A DNA stretch of 64,000 nt from contig OZ176054.1 of assembly GCA_964247055.1 (NCBI GenBank), positions 1,178,001 to 1,242,000 on the forward strand, given 5' to 3'. Made by a program: the position numbers and the translations under genes. The notes under the pieces were generated by a model, which was not told where the DNA came from, did not search any database, and saw only the letters and a list, made by a program, of their open reading frames with translations. The stretch is from Paragordius varius (Eukaryota; Animalia; Nematomorpha). Positions within the stretch are counted from its first letter, which is position 1, and each line of letters starts with the position of its first letter. Below are positions 58,450 through 64,000 of this stretch, piece by piece.

Positions 58450-59520
58450 CTCCCTCGTGAAAGCGGTCATAGAGCTCTAACTATAGCGTCTTCTGCTTTT
58501 AGCTCATATTTTGCTAATTCTCTTTTCATTCTGTCCATCCATCTCGTTTTGGACTCCCACGTCCTCGTTTCCTTCAACTATATGAATCTCTATTGTTTTT
58601 GCAATATAATGAGAGTTTCCCCTTTGCCCAAATCAACGTAGCCTGTTTTTTGTCATTCTTTCCACTATTGGTTTAACATGTGTGCTGAATATTTTTATTC
58701 CCAACTTTGCTACTTTCCCACACGTGATTCTAAATATTTTCATTTTCGTAACGTTAAAATGGCTTCTTCGGATTTTTAACTTCCCACGTCTGTGATTATA
58801 CATCATTAAGGGTTGAACAACTGAACTGTATATGTTACCACTCACTATAACATCGATATTTCAATCGCATAATATGCTTAAATTCTTCCCCCCCCCCAAC
58901 TGTAATTCATAAATTAATATCGGTCAACGTGCCATCTGAACTTAAAATTACCCCCAAATTTTGGCCATTTCCTTTACCCTTCAAAACCCAACCCGCATCA
59001 ACCTCCGATTTCGTGTTGTTCCCCTGATTCAGTTTTTGATTTTTTGAATTTCTGACCACATTCAATTAGTTTAATTACCAATTTATTTACCGTTTGCGTT
59101 ATCTCAGTCAGTGAATCAAACATAATGAGTATGTCATCCTCATCCATAAAATACTAATCTGACCTTTGATTAATAACTTTGGGTACATCATCCATACACA
59201 TTATATATAATCAATAACGGGCTAAGCAATGAGCCTTGGCAGGCGCAATGCTTTATTAAAAAGGGCTCTGATAATCCTTGGGGAGTTAGGTGTGGAATTC
59301 ATACATAAATTGTAATAACTTAACATAACTTTCCGGCAATTTTTATGATCGAGATTCTACCAAATAGTTTGGCTTGAAATCCTAATGAATTCCTTTTCTA
59401 TGTCAATTAAAACCCCGTGTAACTCTTTCATCTGTTCAATGTGTTTTTGAATCAATCTTCTGACCGCATGTATAGGTTCCATTGTTAATCGTGGCATGAA
59501 ACCAAATTAATTTCTTTCTA
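58450..59520 (-). mobile_element. Decayed RTE-clade non-LTR retrotransposon (RT domain to C-terminus)
   Basis: Minus-strand remnants read FGFMPRLTMEPIHAVRRLIQKHIEQMKELHGVLIDIEK, CQGSLLSPLL..MD, and ERMTKNRLR*FG..G.RGRG.PKTRWMDRMKR. There are multiple stops and frameshifts. Confidence 0.8.
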
Positions 59521-61492
59521 TAACTAATACTTAATTCGTTTCAAAAGCAATTATCCGGCCAAAATCTGGACATCTTTATAAAGGGTTACAGATAATGTAT
59601 TATTTTTTGATTAGTCACTGTATTAGGTCTATAGGGCTTTAGGGTTTTGGAAAAAAAATCAAAGGTTTTCAACAGTCGTTTTGATGAAAAAATTACAAGA
59701 TATGGGTAGCTTCGCTTGTTTTAATTTTTTTTACCATATTGTTTCTATGTGAGCAACCAGACCTCTAAATTACTTTTTAAAAACTATAAATTCAGAGAGA
59801 GTCTTGATAGCGATTATAGGGATGGCTTTTGACTATTGTTATCATTTATAAGGGCGCCGATCATAGTCAAACCATTTTTCAAGTAGCTTTTATGACCAGT
59901 TAGACCGGTTACACTAAGTGTTTTATAAAACACAAATACCTGACACAAAGCTTACCGGTAAACGGGTAAACCCATTTATCATTGATGGAATTAATAATTA
60001 AACAAGCCTAACCCCCTTTTTTAAAAATTAGGATGCACCTATGTTATGACGCACACGTTGTAAGATTTGCATTTTTTACAAACTAAACCACCAAAGATAT
60101 TATATAGAGCTATATCAACTTTATCTAAGACATATGGGTTAAAGTCTAACTACTTGGCCATAATCCAGCTGATTACATTCAAGTGATATGTTGAATTTAA
60201 TCATTGCAAGACTGTGAATTTCAGGACAACATTAATCATAAATATTAAGGATATTTTTAGATATAACTCATATGGTTTGCGAAATACAGAATAGAGATGT
60301 TAAATGTTATTACACTCAATTAATTTTTCAAAATTGTAATTACATAGTTTTAGAGTATAAAATATCCAGGTTGAAAAGTTTTTTTATCTTTTTTGTCTTT
60401 ATAAATTGTCTGAATGAAACGAAAATTTTAATTTTAATATAATTGCTAAAAATTAACGTTAAAATATGAAGATCGCTAATGATATTCTATTATATATGTT
60501 TGATTAAATAACTTATGATATTTTTAACCATTTCAATGGCTCATAGCATTAAAAAAAGAGACTTTATTGAGTTTAAATATGGAAGCTTCTAAAGTTACAA
60601 ATTATTATGAAAATATAAGTTGATTCTTTATTAATCTGTCATTTAATATTTGGAGCCATTATCAAAACGTTAAGTTTATATTTAGTCCTAAATCCTAAAA
60701 TTTTAATTAAAATATAAATAATTTTTTATATGAAAATTAACATCCGCATTTTTAATCTTTTTTAGTAAAAAAAAAACCATTTTATGGCCATTACGATCAA
60801 TACTATGAGCCAATGACAATTGACACGTGATATATTACTCATTTGATATAATGTAAATTTTTCTTTTTTTTTTGCTATAAAAAAAATAAACAAATTTATA
60901 TCTCCCTTCTCCCTTTCTACATATCTTTTCTATATGCGCGTAAAAAACAACAAACACAAAAAAACAAAGAAAATTTCTATTGCATATTATACACACATAT
61001 ACGTTTTTCAGTATAGAACGGTGCATATTTACACTTTGTAGATTATACATATATAATAATCAGAATTCATTATATAATTTAATTCTAATCAAGTAATATC
61101 AACTCAGATGTTAGTCAGTTTTCTTCAGGTCAAAACTCAAATCTCTTTCCTTTAAATATATCACTCTAATAACATTTCTATTGAAATAATTAACTGTTAA
61201 TTTGGCGTAATCCCAAAAACTTTGCATATAATTTAAAATTGCTCTCTGCGTCAAATTCCTTATTACCAAGCTTAGAAACGGCAATAAAGTTGAAAATTAC
61301 CCAAAAAGGATTTAATTTAGGTTGGATTATATTCTTACAGTATTTAAATTATTTGATATATTGATTTTTATGCATATATAAATTTTAGTCGCCATTTTAT
61401 ATTGTGCGCAAGCGCACATTAATTGTTTTTGTTTAAATAAAAAGGTGACGCTATATTGTAACAAATAAACATTATATAGGTTTTGGCATATT

Positions 61493-63945
61493 ATGCTGGC
61501 AACGATAACAAACGATTTGGATCTTGAAGAAGGTGAGCTTTCTGGGGAAGAATTAGATTCTGCAGGACCTTTAGAGTCTGATATAAAGAGTAACCTAAAT
61601 TTTATACGCTACAATTTCCGTAATATACAAACAAATGTTTTTAAAATTTAGACAATATAATCAACGATGCATTTGGCGCTGAATCCAAAATTATAACTGT
61701 AGCATCCTCTGATACAAATGATAATAAAAAAATTAAAAAATCAAGATGGTCAGATGTTATCGAAAAACCAGATGACCTTCAATCACCAAAAACTTTAGAT
61801 AAAAATAATTTTGTTTACAATGACAATAATATGCCAATTAAAAGCACTAAACATTCTTTTAGTGAAACTTTTGATAATGCATCAACTGATTCTTCTTTGC
61901 CTCCTGCTAAGGTGGCTCGATTAGATAAGGTTTAAAATATTAATTGTTTGAATATTTAAAAATTGAGAAGCTTTAAAATTTTTATTATTTTATCAATCAT
62001 TAAATAGGTTATTATTCTACAGCTAAATGTTAAAATTTATTTTAAAACCAATTTTTAAATATTAAAATTTAGCTTGGGAACAAATATTATAAGGATCTTG
62101 ACAGTATAAATGCATCACAAGAGACAAAATCTAATTCAGCCTTTAAACAAAGACACCGCGCATTTCACTTTAATAATAGTAGTCATTCAAATAACTTTTA
62201 CGAAGAGGATTTTGATAAACAGCTGCAATTGGCTCAACAACAAATACACGTAACTTACTTTTTTTTCATTGTTTTAATATTTATGTCTTGACATGAATAA
62301 AAACTATAATTTTTTGCATCATAATAGGCATTTGAACGTCAAAAACAGTCCTCCAATTCCCATTCCAAAGATTTAAGCCCAAATCAAAACAGCGATGAAA
62401 CTGAGAATGGCGACTCCGAATCTTTAAATCCTTTTCCCGCGAACCCTAAAAATGGTTCTGTAACTTCGGGCCTTCCCAATCAAAATGATGGCGGTCAATA
62501 CAAAAAGAATAACCAAAAATCATATTTTGATTCTAAGAAAAAATTTCAGGGCAAACAGTTGAATAACAGCGTTAAAAATGAAACAAGCCATTACAATAAT
62601 AAAAACAATAAAAATGGCAAATTTAATACAATGGTAATTATAGAATTATTACCGCTGTTTTAATCATATAATAGCTATTTTTTAGTTAAAACATTAAACA
62701 TACATAAAATAAGTTATGTGTTCGCTAAAATATAATTTATAGGGCAAATCTAGGCAATAAAAAATCATATAATAAGAAAATCAAGCTTTAAGGGATCCCA
62801 AAGTTTTACTAAATCTGACTTTAAATTTTTTTATATATATACAGTTTAAAATTTAGGATAAGAATATCAAAGCTATCCAATGGGCTTAAAAGTGGCAATT
62901 TCTATAATATTTGCTTTTATCATCAATATGCATTAAATTTAGCTAATATATTGCGATTATTTAGCCTTATTTAAATCGATTATATATAATTTTTAATTTT
63001 ATTATACGGATTCTCAATTGTCTCATCAGAATCTACCCAACTAATAATTTTATAGGAATGTAATCTTAATTTTAAGCGATTGTAAAACAAAATTTGAATT
63101 CATTTTAAAATGCAACATAAACCAATTAATTAATCGTGTTTTTTTAAACCACTCATTAAGACGGGAAGGGGTTTTTATAGGTTTCTTACATTATGGTTTT
63201 ACATGATTTCTGTTTATTCATTATAATCTTACAGGGTAATACTCAGACAAATTTTTATACGAATAAGAGTGATCCATCTAACTCGGTTGCAAACTCCAAC
63301 ACTTCATTCAATAACGATAATAAGAATTTCAAAAACAAAAAACATTTCAATAAACATGGAAATGCTGGTAGCGGAAATAAATACAACAAAGGTCACGCTG
63401 AAACTCATCAGGTTCAATTCACGAAACGACTTTGTCGTTATTATGTCGAGGGTCGTTGTGTTAAAGTATTTCTTTTCATTTTTTTACTAAATTTGGATTT
63501 TCGAATCATAATCAATCATTTACTAATTAATAGGGTTCGGAATGCAAATTTAGCCATGATGGGGATTTAAATCTAAAAAAGGAAGTTTGCAAATATTATG
63601 TGCAGAATACTTGCACTAAGGGAGATGCTTGCGTTTTTATGCATTGTAAGTTGATTAAATTGATTTTTTCAAAATTTTATAACAAATAAACTTATGAATG
63701 TGTCGTATTGTATGATTAATTAAGAGATGTTCACGCATCGTCTGCTTTATGTTAATATAATTTTTGATATATCATAATGTTTTATAAATACCATATAAAC
63801 TAATTATTCCATTTTTATGTTTGTTTATTTAGCTCAATTCCCATGCAAGTTTTTCCACACTGGTCAAAATTGTTTTGGGGCCGAAAATTGCAAATTTTCG
63901 CACGCTCTTCCCTTGTCGGATGAAGGAAGAGAATTGCTAAATAAG
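61493..63945 (+). CDS. CCCH zinc-finger protein, ZC3H4/ZC3H6 (su(sable))-like; continues past the window end
   Basis: The N-terminus reads [11 protein letters not shown]. Three tandem CCCH fingers follow: [11 protein letters not shown]|[29 protein letters not shown] and [22 protein letters not shown], then [14 protein letters not shown]. Confidence 0.88.
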
Positions 63946-64000
63946 GTAAATACTGTTTTTTTATGTTAAATAAAAATATTTTTTATTCATAAATTATGAA

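Overview
This is very AT-rich, intron-dense eukaryotic DNA from an invertebrate animal (inferred from gene content; the species cannot be determined from the window). By splicing exons manually I recover nine protein-coding genes. These are a STE20/PAK-like kinase (runs off the left edge), mitochondrial prolyl-tRNA synthetase (PARS2), a two-exon hypothetical gene, a La-motif/RRM LARP7-like gene, proteasome ATPase PSMC3/Rpt5, a large secreted nahoda-like EGF/DOMON gene, a SUN-domain nuclear-envelope gene, a PR/SET-like AT-hook gene nested antisense in a SUN intron, and a ZC3H4/6-like CCCH zinc-finger gene (runs off the right edge). The window also holds one tRNA-Ala(TGC), an orphan ARF6-like last exon, two Chapaev3-type DNA transposons with very long terminal inverted repeats, RTE-like LINE debris and several MITE families. 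Three signals stand out. (1) Twelve ultra-short GT-AG introns of 21-27 nt occur, many inside conserved domains, and cluster in some genes while neighbouring genes have none. (2) The nahoda-like protein has an N-terminal histidine-brace, LPMO-like domain fused to two DOMON domains with candidate heme ligands. (3) A Chapaev3 element has ~0.9 kb TIRs that include the probable 5' part of its own multi-intron, DDE-intact transposase. No database searches or alignments were run; family assignments rest on motifs I recognise.
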